From assembly GCF_046119375.1 (NCBI RefSeq), contig NW_027362762.1, forward strand, positions 356,004,001 to 356,068,000: a DNA stretch of 64,000 bases, read 5' to 3'. Position numbers and translations under genes: made by a program. How positions within the stretch are numbered: position 1 is the stretch's first letter; each line of letters begins with the position of its first letter. The DNA comes from Phyllobates terribilis (lineage: Eukaryota). The notes beneath the pieces were generated by a model. The model was not told the origin of the DNA, made no database searches, and worked only from the letters and a program-made list of their open reading frames with translations. Of this stretch, positions 37,336 to 53,800 are shown piece by piece.

Positions 37336-40300
37336 AAATAGAATTAGTAATTCGGTTTCTAAGACCCTCCACGACAGCACACCTGGAGGTAGCCTCCCCA
37401 TCCTAATTAGGGACAGAAAAATAAGAGATTATATAGCCCCTCCCCGCTACCATCCCCACAGTTTTCAAAGGACCACACAGTATGAATGCTCTAAATATTT
37501 TATTAACACTAAGGATTTTTCCATCAATAAGGAAAGGGCAGGAATTACCCGTGCTGTCGTGGAGGGTCTTAGAAACCGAATTACCGGTAAGTCTAATTCT
37601 ATTTTCTCCAATCCACTCCACGACAGCACACCTGGAGTAATACCAAAGAATGAATCTTAGGAAGGGACAACAGCCTGAAGGACTTTCCTTCCAAATGCTA
37701 AGTTTCTATTTGATATTACATCTAGTCTATAATGTTTAGCAAAGGTATGGACAGACTACCATGTGGCTGCCCTGCAAATCTGCTCGATGGATGCACTAGC
37801 CTTTTCAGCCCAGGAGACCGACATAGCTCTACTAGAATCAGCTTTCAAGGATCCCGGAGGAGGCAAATCTTGAGCTATGTAAGTTTCACAAATTGCTTTC
37901 TTAATCCAATTTGCCAGCGTATTTTTTGCAACTTTCTTCCCTTTATTGGGGCCTCCATATTGAACAAATAGGTTCAGATCCTTCCTCCAAGTTTCAGTCT
38001 CACTCAAGTAGCGGATTATAGTCCTTCTTACGTCCAACACGTGGAATTCTTCTTCTTCCTTGCAATTTGATGGATTTTTGACAGAATGACGGAAGAATTA
38101 TGGGCTGAGACATCTGAAAATCAGACGACACCTTGGGCAGAAAAGACTGTTCCAATTGGAGGATGATCCTGTTCTCCAAAATGCGACAATAAGGCTCTCT
38201 GATAGACAGGGCTTGGATTTCACCCACTCTCCTGGCTGTAGTCAGAGCTGTAAGCAATGCCGCTTTCCAAGACAACTTGTCTATGTGTGCTTCAGCTATT
38301 GGCTCGAAAGGATGCATAGTTAGACCTCTGAGAACTATCTTGAGATCCCAAGATAGAACTATTTTACCTCTTGTTGGATTTATCCGAGAAGCAGCTATCA
38401 TGAACCTCTTAATCCATCTGTTCTGGGCCAAATCAGTATCAAAATAGGAGCTTAAAGCCGAGACTTGGACCTTCAGTGTGCTTGGTCTTAATCCTTTAGA
38501 CAGACTGTTCTGTAGGAAATCCAAGATTATGGCCATGTCTGGCCGAAAGGGATCTAATGGACGAGGCTCATACCACAGCTTGAAAGCTTTCCAGATTTTT
38601 TCATAGATTGAATTCTTGACCTGTTTTCTGCAGTGTATGGATCACCTGTACTGAGAAGCCTCTGGCTTTTAAGAGGGCGGTCTCAGAAGCCAAGCTGCTA
38701 GAGGCAAATTCTAAGGGGCCAGATGGTAGATCGGGCCCTGATGCAGCAGATTGTGGATTTGAGGAAGCATCAATGGATCCTCCATTTTTAGACTGCTCAA
38801 CGTTCCAAACCATGCTCTTTTTGGCCACATTGGAGCTATTAGGATCGTCTTGACCCCTTCCGACCTGATTTTTTGTAAGGTCCTTGGTATTAATGGAAGC
38901 GGGGGGAAAAGCATAAGCAAGCCCGACTTCCCAAGGGTGAGCGAATGCATCTATCCCTGTTGCTGAATCCTCGGGATTCAAGAAGAAGGCGGCTCTTACT
39001 TTTGCGTTTCTCTGGTTCGCAAACAGGTCCACATCTGGGTATCCCCACTGTTGAACAATCATCTGAAATATCTTTGAGTTCAGATTCCATTCCCCTGGAT
39101 GAATGTCTTTTCTGCTCAACAGATCTGCCTGATAGTTGTCGGAGCCCTTCAGGTGCAGAGCCGACAAGGATAGTAGATGATGCTCCGCCCAGTGGAAGAT
39201 CCTCTCTGAGATCATCTGCAGTCTCCTGTTTCTTTTACTTCCCTGATGTTTCAAGTGGGCTACAGTGTCATTGAGAGAGTAGACTCTAACATGCGACCCC
39301 TGAAGCAGAGAATTGGCTGCCCATAGGGTTTCCTCCAACGCTTTCAGTTCTCTTAGGTTCGAGGACTGCTTTTCTATTTCTTGTGACCAGACCCCTTGGA
39401 AGGCCACGTGGGAGACTACTGCTCCCCATCCCCTTTTGCTTGCGTCTGTCTTGCTTGATAACAAGGGAAGTTGAATCCATGCTGAACCTTTCTCCAGATT
39501 TTCTGGACCGAGCCACCGCCTTAAAGATGCTTTCACCTTCTCTGGCAGATGAATCCTGCTGGAGAGGGAACTTGGAGATCTGTCCCAACAGGAAAGGATG
39601 TAGTTTTGAAGGACCCTTGAATGCGCTTGAGCCCAAGGTACCGCTTGAATAGATGAGGTCATGGACCCGAAGACGGACATGGCAAATCTTATGGACACTC
39701 TGCTCCGGTTCTTCAGTGCATAAACTTCTCGATCTTAACTGAATCTGCTTCTCTTTTGGCAGAAAGGAGGCTTGCTGCTGGGAATCCAAGAGAATTCCCA
39801 AGAAGGTCTTCCTGGTGGAGGGAATCAGATCTGACTTCTTGTAGTTTATCAACCATCCTAAAGATTCCAGGATCCGGAGGGTCATCTGAAGGTCTCTTTC
39901 CAAACTTGAAACTGAGGGAGCAATCACCAAAAAATTGTCTAAATAGGGGACGATGCAGATATTCCGTTTTCTTAGAAAAGCTACCTCTTCTGCCATGATC
40001 TTTGTAAACAGACGGGTGCCGACAAAATTCCAAAGGGGAGTACATTGAATTGAACCTCTCGGTTCTGACTTACAGAAAATTTCTCAGATTTGCTGTAGGC
40101 CGGATGAATTGGCACATGGTAGTATGCCTCTTGCAGGTCTACTGTTGCCATGACAAATCCTTTCCCAATCAACAGAATCGTGGACCTTATCGACTCCATC
40201 TTGAACCTTCTGTATTTCACATATTGGTTGAGATGTGTTAGATTGAGGATTATCCTGTAAGAATCTGAAACCCTTTTTAACAGAAACACCTGAGAATAAT

Positions 40301-42471
40301 GACCTTCTTGTTCCATGCGAGGCACTGGTGAAATAACTCGAGTTTTGAAGATTCTGAAGACCTGTTATTAGGAGCTTTTGTAATATTGTCGATGGTAAAG
40401 ACGTTACTTCCATCCTTCTTGGAGGGTAGATAGCAAAGTCTATTTCGGCTCCTACAGTCACCATGTCCAGGATCTTCCTGTCTGAAGATATTAGCTGCCA
40501 TTGAGGAAGGAAGCTTGCAATTCTGCCTCCTACCTTCTTGGCGTCATTGTCTGTCCTGCCTAGACCCTTGAAAGATATTCCTTCCTCTTCCCCCTTTTGG
40601 GTAACTCCAGCGACCAGTTTTACCCTTGCTCTGTACTGAAAAGCTTGCTGCTGCTGTTGTTGAGGAAGAAATGGTCTCTTTCTGAAGCTTCTTGGATTCT
40701 TTGGCTCTGGCAGAGACTTTCTTGTCGGATGCTTTCTCCAACAACTCGTCCAGGACTGCTCCCAACATACACACTTTTTTGAATGGAATGGAACAAAGCT
40801 TAGATTTTAATGCGTTGTCCCCACTCCACATCTTCAACCATAGAGCTCTTCTTGTAGAATTAGATAAGGTCGCCGATCTTGCCGCAATCTTGACAGACTC
40901 CGCCGAGTCATCAAGCTAGGAATCCAGTGACCTTTTGAAGCAAAGGAAGAGATGCCAGGAGGTCCTACCAAGGAGTACCTTTCCAGAGATGTTCCTCTAG
41001 TTGTTGGAGCCAGAGAAACATGGAACGAACTACTCAAGTTGAAGCGATATTAGTCTTTAGTGAAGCCGCCAATGTTTCCCATGTCTTCCTTAGCAGACTG
41101 TCCATCTTCCTATCCATAGGATCATTGAGCTGGGACTAGTCTTCAAATGGAAGGGTTGTTTTCTTCCGTCCATAGTTTAGTCGCATTTTCATCCAAAGGG
41201 AATCTATCCTTCATTTCTCCTGCAACACTAAGCCTTTTTTCAGGTGACTCCCATTCATCCAAGATTAGATTCCGAATGTTGTCATGCACCGGGAACACTA
41301 AATTCTTCTTGGATTTCAGACCCCCAAACATCTCGTCCTGAACTGTACAGGTTTTCTTCACCTCTTCTACCTGCATAGTGTCTCTCACTTGTGACAACAA
41401 TTCTTCCATATTCTCGGCAGAAAAGTAATATTTCCTATCTTCCTCATGATCTTCACTTAGGACCCCTTCCTCAGGTTCCTCCATGGATTCCAATTCTTCT
41501 GAATCCGAGGTATCCCTAACCGTATACTTTCTCCTTTTCGGTGGAGATGGACCCTCAGCTCTGGCTTGCGAGAATGACTGTGAGAAGGAGGCTAGGGAGG
41601 ATTGAATTTCCTGCTGAACCATTCCCCTGACTTCTTCCATAAGGGAAGGATGCTCTTCCTTCACAATGCTGTTGGTGCATTTCTGGCATAGGAGTTTCTT
41701 ATGCCCTGAAGCAAGCTTTTCCTACAGATGGCACATTTGCGAACTGTAGTATTTTCTCCCACTCTCGGTGCAAGATCCTTGTCTCCCTAAAATTAAAAAA
41801 GGAGATATTTAAAATAAATTTGGGATCCTGCTCAAAAGAGAGTGGGGACGCAGGCTTTGGAACAACACCCTCCATAGTAGCAGAATATTCTGTCCTACCT
41901 TAATGGTGTCTTCTTATCTGTGTCTTTTATAGAGGAGACTGAGATCCAGCGCCAAATTTCCACCTGTCAAGTGAAAGATCCTCCATTCCTGGGCAAACCG
42001 CGGCTTCTCAGTTTGAATTTCCCGCCGCGGCCCCATGCGTTCCACGGTGGAACACACCGGAAGTGACGTCCCGCAGGCCGAAAACCTGACTTCCGCCGCA
42101 TCCTGCATGTGTGCCGGAACGCTGCCATGGAGGACGGAGGAGACACCTGCTGGGGAGCTACAGGAGGCCCCCAGTCCCCAAATCCCACTCAGCTTTACCC
42201 GTAGGCGAGTGAGGGGGTCCCGCTCCCGAAGGAAACGGGAGCTGCCAGGGAAGGAAAGCCAGAGGCGATGGCTCCCTGCAGCCCGGTCAGGTAAATTTAA
42301 TAGGGCCCTGCTTGCCGGCCGCAGGCACCCCAGGTAACCTCTTCATCCCATAGGGACAGGAAAACAGTGGGGATGGTAGCGGGGAGGGGCTATTTAACCT
42401 TGTTTTCCTGTCCCTAATTAGGATGGGGAGGCTACCTCCAGCTATGCTGTCGTGGAGGGGATTGGAGGAAA
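37336..42471 (-). mobile_element. DIRS retrotransposon, copy C (near full length, about 5.1 kb, multiply frameshifted)
   Basis: ITRs at ~37336-37465 and ~42355-42471; ICR 37551-37637; gag 41143-41664 and 40544-40837; RT 39981-40325 and 39286-39996 (YLDN); RNase H 38601-39698 (KTDASKRGWG); MT-like 38711-38950; recombinase 38000-38536 and 37756-38040. Confidence 0.94.
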
Positions 42472-44809
42472 TCTATTTTCTTTTCTACCCATTTAGGCAG
42501 GAAACTGGGAGAGTGAATAGTGTAGATTTATCAGAGACTTACTCTCTCCAATTATGATGTACAATAAAAATTTGTGGTACACTGTTAGAAAAATGTATAT
42601 ATTGTTTTATGCACAAAAATTACAAAATTATTCTAAGAGTGATATCTGTATTGGCTATCCAGAAAAGTTATATTTGAAGAAGGAGCCTCTGTGCTAGGAG
42701 ATTGCAAATATAATTTTTCTGGTTAGCTAATAAAAAGTATCACTCCTAGAATACTTCTGTCATTATTGGGCATAAAAGTATTTAAATTCATTCCGCTCTC
42801 CAAGAAACCAAAGTACACTAGAGCAGCCAAGCTCCAATCAGCCACTGTGGTCACCGGCCTTTTTTGCCTTCTCCTCTGCTCATTACAGTTCGCTCTCCCA
42901 ACTGATGGACTGTACCAATGCAGGATAGTAGTTTTTCTGGGGTAAAAGCCTACTCTCTGATCAGGCTGCCTTTGCAGTGGAATAATAGTTGCAAGTGCAA
43001 CCAGGGCCTTGATCAGTAAGCCCTCCCAGTGGAGCAGTAATCCCTCTGTGGTTGGCGGGAGCCTGGATGTTGGGAATGGGAGCCAGCTTATCAGGGAGGG
43101 AAGTGGGGAACCAGAAGGACCCTATTAACCACTGAAAACCCCTTATAGGAGCAACAAGGACCAGAAACTAAATAAAAGGACTGCACAAGCAGTAAAAGGA
43201 CAAAAAACTCAAAAGTACTGAAACAGATTCCTGGGGAAAGATGACCAAGGGACACCCAAGATGAGGAAGAAGCCCTGAAGAGAGACCAAAGCCCATAGGG
43301 CAGGGATGGAATTTGAAACAAATCCTGTGGTGGGGATGGGGACTATACTAAACCCAACATCTTTGGATACCAGCAGGGCAACACCTTCAGTGGTCTTGCA
43401 CAATCCGTGGGAACACTGATTCTTATCTACAGCAGCAGTCATGGGTCACCAGTGGTGAAAGAGCTTTTAAGCGGAGCGTACAAAATTGTAGAATCAACTG
43501 TTTCTGCAATAGGATGGTGAAAATGAGGTTGGAAAACACATCCCCACCACTTAGGGGGAAAAAAAAGTGCAGCACACCTAACAGGTCTTCTCTACCTCCC
43601 ATATCCACCAAGCTAAAAGGGAGTGGTAGAGAAGGTATAGCCAGACAGGCGGAGCAAACACTTTCACCTAGTCTCAAGCCTGTGGGTATACATATGCCTT
43701 GCCACTATGTACTTTAATGCCATTTATGAAATAGTTTCTAGGGAGCACATCATCCTGTATAAACAGGATGTGCGTGACCCATACAGCAATAAATTCGTAA
43801 TTAATTAATTGAAGAGAACTGACAGATAAGCTAACCTCAATTACAGGCAGTTTAAAAAGAAAACAAACAGCCTCCATAGATTGGAAAGAATGATGCAGAC
43901 AAATCCAAGCCTTACCTATCACAATCTTTTCTCTATGTGCCATATACCATGTGGATCCAGGAAACCCAAAGCTGCAATGTGGCTGTTTTTTCTCAGGCCA
44001 AGGAGGGGATCTTACTGCTCATGGACATGTATGGATCATTAAGTTACCATTGATAAACCACAGTAGAACAGGATTACATTTTAACAGATTTATTGTTGAC
44101 AACCTTTTCTGAATGGTGAAATAACTTCTATGAAGGAATGCAAATAAATATTTCAAACTGAACATGGAAGTCACAGGACACATCAAGAAAATATGTACAA
44201 AATGACGAAAAGGCATTACAATAATGAGACATATTAAGTATATAATCAGAAAGGCTTAGTCCATGGAATATATACATGCTTTTATATTTACATCATGTAA
44301 TCCTACAGAAAACAACTTGACCACCGATTCCACATCCTTTAAAAGATTAATATTACGTTTATTTGCTAATAAGACTTTCAATTAAAGGGTAACTAAACTT
44401 TTAAAACATATTTTGATAGCCTATCTCCCCTGTACAATAGCATTCATCGGTAGTGGTCTGGGTCTTAAGACCCCCTTCTAAAATCGCTCACACCAAGGGT
44501 CAGAAACGCTCAGTTTATTCTGCTCATGTTTTATAGAGCAGTGTATGGGTCCCATAGACTTTCTGTAGAATGCAGATACTGTTCTGCTCGCATTCAAGAA
44601 TAAGCGGAATGCTACCAGGACATGGTTTAATATATCTGTGGGGGTCTCATGATGCAATACCCATTATTCAACACTAGTTAATAGGGAAGATACTAATATA
44701 GATTTTTTTTTTTCTAGCTACCCTTGAATACATTTTTACTTGTGACTCCCATCGCAGATTGGAATACCTGCAGGACCATACAAGTATACTTCTGAATACA
44801 CACTTTAAT

Positions 44810-48666
<3,857 letters not shown>

Positions 48667-48712
48667 CTAAACACATGCAGAGTCATCAGGAAATGCATCT
48701 AATCACAACAGT

Positions 48713-48838
48713 AGAGTGCCCAATACATATATAGAGCGTCCATTACATATAGAGTGCCCAATACATATATAGAGCGTCCATTACATATAGAGTGCCCAAT
48801 ACATACATTACATAGAGAGACATTACATATATAGAGAG
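48713..48838. repeat. 38-bp tandem repeat in TRAPPC2 first intron
   Basis: AGAGTGCCCAATACATATATAGAGCGTCCATTACATAT starts at 48713, 48751 and, degenerate, 48789. Confidence 0.85.
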
Positions 48839-49058
48839 CCATTGTTTTCCTGCCTATGTGCAGGAGCGTAGTACACGTTATTAGGCTCACGTTCATACGA
48901 GCGTATTCGTGGACTGAGTGCTGTGTGTGAATAGTTGACAGGAGGACATACAGGATCTGTGCGGCCCCCGCCATTATCATTATCATGTCTTCATACTGAT
49001 CTTGTGGACAAACAATAGAATTACTTCACGATGAACCGCTCCATTCCCCGACGCTCAC

Positions 49059-49377
49059 CTCTATCCGGGGCAAAACCAGTCTCAACTATTCACCTGCACT
49101 AACTAGTCTGCCAGTCACCGACAAATGACGTCACACGTCATATTTTCCGGCGTCTTCACTTCCGCTGTATATAACTTTATTTATAACAAACGGAAACTAT
49201 ATGACAGCGAGGTTTGGAACGCGGAAATGGACTTTTGATTCTGGAAGGGGCGGATACTACGCTTTGCTGCTGATTGGAAGGTTGGCTCTCGGCTCTTGCT
49301 GTGATTGGTTGCCATGTAAGCAATGATCCAGGCGGTTGGGTACTCTGTGTTTACACGTTAGATGGCGGTTGGCTTCA
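49059..49377. promoter_or_regulatory. Bidirectional promoter region for TRAPPC2 and OFD1
   Basis: CRE palindrome TGACGTCA (49126-49133), ETS cores TTCCGG and CACTTCCG, GC box GGGGCGG (~49247), two ATTGG boxes (~49273, 49304); minus-strand donor AG|GTGAG at 49058; plus-strand donor GAG|GTGAGT at 49407. Confidence 0.7.
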
Positions 49378-49649
49378 GTGTGAACACTGCTGTATGCTCC
49401 AGGGAGGTGAGTGTCCTCTGTTATGTGGATCTGCACGGTTTATGGCCGCTGTACAGGTACAGACCTGTGGTGTGAACACTGCTGTATGCTCCAGGGAGGT
49501 GAGTGTCCTCTGTTATGTGGATCTGCACGGTTTATGGCTACTGTACAGGTACAGACCTGTGGTGTGAACACTGCTGTATGCTCCAGGGAGGTGAGTGTCC
49601 TCTGTTATGTTGATATGCACTTTTTATGGCTCTGTACAGGTACAGACCT
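49378..49649 (+). repeat. 92-bp x3 tandem repeat containing the OFD1 first-exon splice donor
   Basis: Period 92 (tgaacact at 49381, 49473, 49565); GAG|GTGAGT at 49407, 49499, 49591. Confidence 0.92.
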
Positions 49650-50169
49650 TTCACTGGAATACACGACAATCTGATTCTCATTCACTGCCAACATAGGAAT
49701 CACCACCGTCCCCACCTAATCCTGTTATTTCCACCACAACCCCTGGGAAGCATGTCCGCTATCTGGAGCTGAAAGGGTTATTCCAAAAATAGTAATTTGG
49801 AGAAGGGAAAACTTACTGTTCGCTTGGGGTCCAGTCGCTGGAACCCCCACAACACTGAAAACAGGCTCTGGAAACCAGAATCTGCAGAGCCCAGGCTGGA
49901 ATAGAGCAGTGATTTGTACAAGCTCCTCCTCTGCCCCATTCATTGTCTATGGGATGCCAGAAAAAGATGAGTGCAGCGCTTGGCTATTCCTGCACACCCA
50001 TAGACAATGGATGGATGGTGGCCAAGCACGCAACCTTCCACTTTATTCCAGACTGGACTCTGCGGAGCCTGTTTTCTTCGGAATACGGGAGGTCCAAGGT
50101 ATCAGACTCCCAACAATCACTAAGTTATCCCATATTCTTAATATCTTTGGAATAATCCTTTTAAGTTCG

Positions 50170-50520
50170 ATCTTTACTTCACCCTAAATTGCCCTTGTCA
50201 CCTGCACCTCAGAAACCTTTCCAGAATCGACCATTGGAACCATGGAAATGGTTAAAACTCTTACTCTCGCTTTGATTAATTCTGGGCTACTGAAGCTCAC
50301 AACTAATCCATCTTCCTCTCACTAAACTTTCACCTTTGCAATCTGTCCTCAAGGCAGAATCCAGACTCATCCGCCTGTCCAGGCATTGCACTGATGTTTC
50401 CATCCTGTGCCAGTCACTGCACTGATTACCCATCCGCTATAGAATAGAATCTAAACTTATCGCAGTCACCAACAGAGCTCTCCACTGTGCTGCTCTGCCC
50501 TACATCTCCTCCCCTGCCTG
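50170..50520 (+). mobile_element. Decayed L2-type LINE fragment
   Basis: gcagaatccagactcatc...cactgattacccatccgctatagaatagaatctaaacttatc...agagctctccac matches the L2 piece at 29400-29512/33122. Confidence 0.55.
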
Positions 50521-50844
50521 TCAGAGTTGGGGCTTTGTGTCCTCCAAACCACTTATGTCCTTGCTCTGTGCACACAGAAACTGAATGCCCTCAGGGATTG
50601 GGATTAACCCTTCAAAAGGAAAGCGCAAGTAAGGATGCCACCGAGCAAGTCCAATATGACTTCCCCCCCCCCCCCCCCCAGTCGATCATTCATGTGATTG
50701 GCAGTATCTGGAGCGTGCACTGGGCTGCCAGCGGGGATGAGATGTAATACTGTGGTGGACTCAGAATGCAGGCTGCTGGAGATGTAAATATGCAATAATA
50801 CAGAACATATCAACTTTTTCAGAGACTTCACCTTTTCTGGCCAA

Positions 50845-53800
50845 ATGTCTCAAGGCGAGCTGAAATCCCTGTCCCAAGAAGAACTGCGGAAAAGACTTTA
50901 TCAGACGTTTAAAAAGAAGGGGGTTTTGGATTCATTGAAGGTAATTCTGTGTTTCATGGTCGTTTACACCCAGAAACTATAATCATATCATCTAAGTATC
51001 TTGGAAAGTTGCTTCCACTGTCCCTAATTCGTCACGACTGGCATTTTATATGTTAGATGAGGAGTAAGATGTGTCACAGCCATTAAGCGTTTTGTGTCTC
51101 TTATTGAGTTTTTTGTATATTCCAGCAGAAAATATGTACTGCGATCTCAGACTGGAGTATATTTCCATATGATGAAATTGTCACTCTCATGGCAAAGCTC
51201 CGCTCATTAAAATATAAGGCTGAGCTGGCTGGGACTGATGTAAAAACGGCAAAAGCTCCCAAATTATGGCTCTGCTGTGAGTTACACAAAACTTTTGCAA
51301 CATTTCAAATAGTTTACAAGTCTGGTGGAAGCTGTTTGATGAATCGGGGCCATAGAGTAAGCATTTTTTTTTTTGTCACATAAACCTGTAAGATAGATTA
51401 AAGGGGTCATCCACTATTTAAAACACTTTTTTGTTATTAATGATTAAAGCCAAGACTCATTTGGTGCCACGCTTTGCTGCCGGTGTCCCCTGCTGGGCTC
51501 CTGGCTTTCACCTCTGGCAACTAACTGGTCAGTTGCCACCTTTGAAATGTTCTCAATGCTTGAAATCAGTGCTGCCACTTTCTATTAAATTACATTTTTC
51601 TTATTCATTTTTTTTCAACAAGACACAACTAAGAAATCAGCTGATTCAAGATCTGAAGCTCCGAGTCGTTAGTGGCGCATCCCTGCCGGCTCCTCCTGTT
51701 CCCGGTGACTCTCTATTGCACAGGGCCTGTAACCGTCTAGTGGCCGATCACCTGAGCAGATGTGGCTACGAGTTCTCGCTATCTGTATTTTATCCAGAGT
51801 GTGGTCTGGAGAAGGAGACGGTAGGTTGGCTTTGGCTTGATGAGCACTAGAGACATGAATTTGTATCTACTGGTAAATGTCACCTGGTCACTCCAGCGTT
51901 TTGTTTCTTTTTCGGCGCTGGAGTGGCACTTTAATTGTAAGCCCCCTGCCCCTGGTCATATACTCACCCTCCGGCGTCTTCACCGTTTTTTGGCACCGAT
52001 CTGGTCCATCTTTTGACTGCAGCTTCTGACTGGCCGTAAGTCAGAAGCTACATCACAAGCTCTGAATGCAAGTCTATGAGAGCCAAAACAAGCTGATGTA
52101 GCTTCAATAGCAGTCTATGAGAGCCAAAACAAGCTGATGAAGCTTCAATAGCAGTCTATGAGAGCCAAAACAAGCTGATGTAGCTTCAATAGCAGTCTAT
52201 GAGAGCCAAAACAAGCTGATGAAGCTTCAATAGCAGTCTATGAGAGCCAAAACAAGCTGATGTAGCTTCAATAGCAGTCTATGAGAGCCAAAACAAGCTG
52301 ATGAAGCTTCAATAGCAGTCTATGAGAGCCAAAACAAGCTGATGAAGCTTCAATAGCAGTCTATGAGAGCCAAAACAAGCTGATGTAGCTTCAATAGCAG
52401 TCTATGAGAGCCAAAACAAGCTGATGAAGCTTCAATAGCAGTCTATGAGAGCCAAAACAAGCTGATGAAGCTCCAATAGCAGTCTATGAGAGCCAAAACA
52501 AGCTGATGAAGCTTCAATAGCAGTCTATGAGAGCCAAAACAAGCTGATGAAGCTTCAATAGCAGTCTATGAGAGCCAAAACAAGCTGATGAAGCTTCAAT
52601 AGCAGTCTATGAGAGCCAAAACAAGCTGATGTAGCTTCAATAGCAGTCTATGAGAGCCAAAACAAGCTGATGAAGCTTCAATAGCAGTCTATGAGAGCCT
52701 TGTTCTGGCCTTGTTCTGGCACTCATAGACTTCTATTGAAAAATTACCTCCGCGCTGCTCCATGAAACACTGGTGCTGCCAACAGGTCAATTTTCGCTGG
52801 AGACCAATGGGAGCGATGCTGGAGAACGATGAAGGCGGCAGGTGAGTATGAGACAGGGGGCAGGGGAATTACATTTAAAGCACCACTCCAGAGGTGCAAT
52901 AAAAAACATTGGATGGTGCTCTAAGTATGTTTGCAGCACGCTGTGAAGGAGCATCCGGCTAAATAAATAATTTTCCTTTTCCTATGAAGGATTTCTCCAT
53001 CCAAGATTTAATGCAGCTGATGAAAATCGACCCCAAATCCAACATATACAAGTCTCTGGTAATTTGTATTTTCTTTTATTTTTGTTGTTGCTTTTTAGAT
53101 GCTGTGTTTTGAGGATTGTATGTTTATTGCCTTTTCTTTCTTTTTTAATGCCGGCAGACATCAAGCCACCAAAACAGTAGTACAAAAGGTATAATTATAT
53201 TGTTTGGTTATCCATATTGTTGGGTTTGTTTCAGGCAAGGCATTCATGTTTTTTATTATGATTGATTGATTGATTATTTATTAGGCTCTAAAACCAATGT
53301 GTCCATGTTTCAGGTTAGTCTCTGTATAAGGCCATGTGCACACGTTCAGTATTTCACATCAGTATTTGAAAGACAAAATCAGGAGAGGAACAATCAGAGG
53401 AAAAGTATAATAGAAACACGTCACCACTTCTGCATTTATCACCCACTCCTGGTTTTGGCTTACACATACTGATGTAAAATACTGACCAAATACTGATAGT
53501 GTGATCATGGCCTTATAATATAACTAGCTATTGAACCCATTCTACGCCCGGGTGGCGAGCATTTTTATTGGTATATGGTCTTCCATGCTGGTATGTGCTG
53601 CCCCCTTCCTGGTATTTGTGCTGCCCCCATCCTGTCCCCACCATCCTATACTGGTATCCATGGCACCCCTCACCCCCAATCCTGGTATGCAGGGCACCCC
53701 TCACCCCTAATCCTGGTATGCATGGCTCCCCTCACCCCTAATCCTGGTATGCGTTGCACCCCTCACCCCCAATCCTGGTATGCGTGGCACCCCTCACCCC

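Noticed and set aside
43068-43692. Possible solo LTR (TG...CA)
   Set aside because: No target-site duplication, no second copy in the window, no PBS/PPT; left uncalled.
52130-52690. Hammerhead multimer in the 41-bp array (CTGATGA...CAAAAC)
   Set aside because: GAAA core absent, no stem II pairing, a third of the units read CTGATGT, and the motif is explained by inversion of the flank.
52071-52699. CRISPR-like regular array
   Set aside because: Units are contiguous with no unique spacers, no cas genes, eukaryotic intron; it is a minisatellite.
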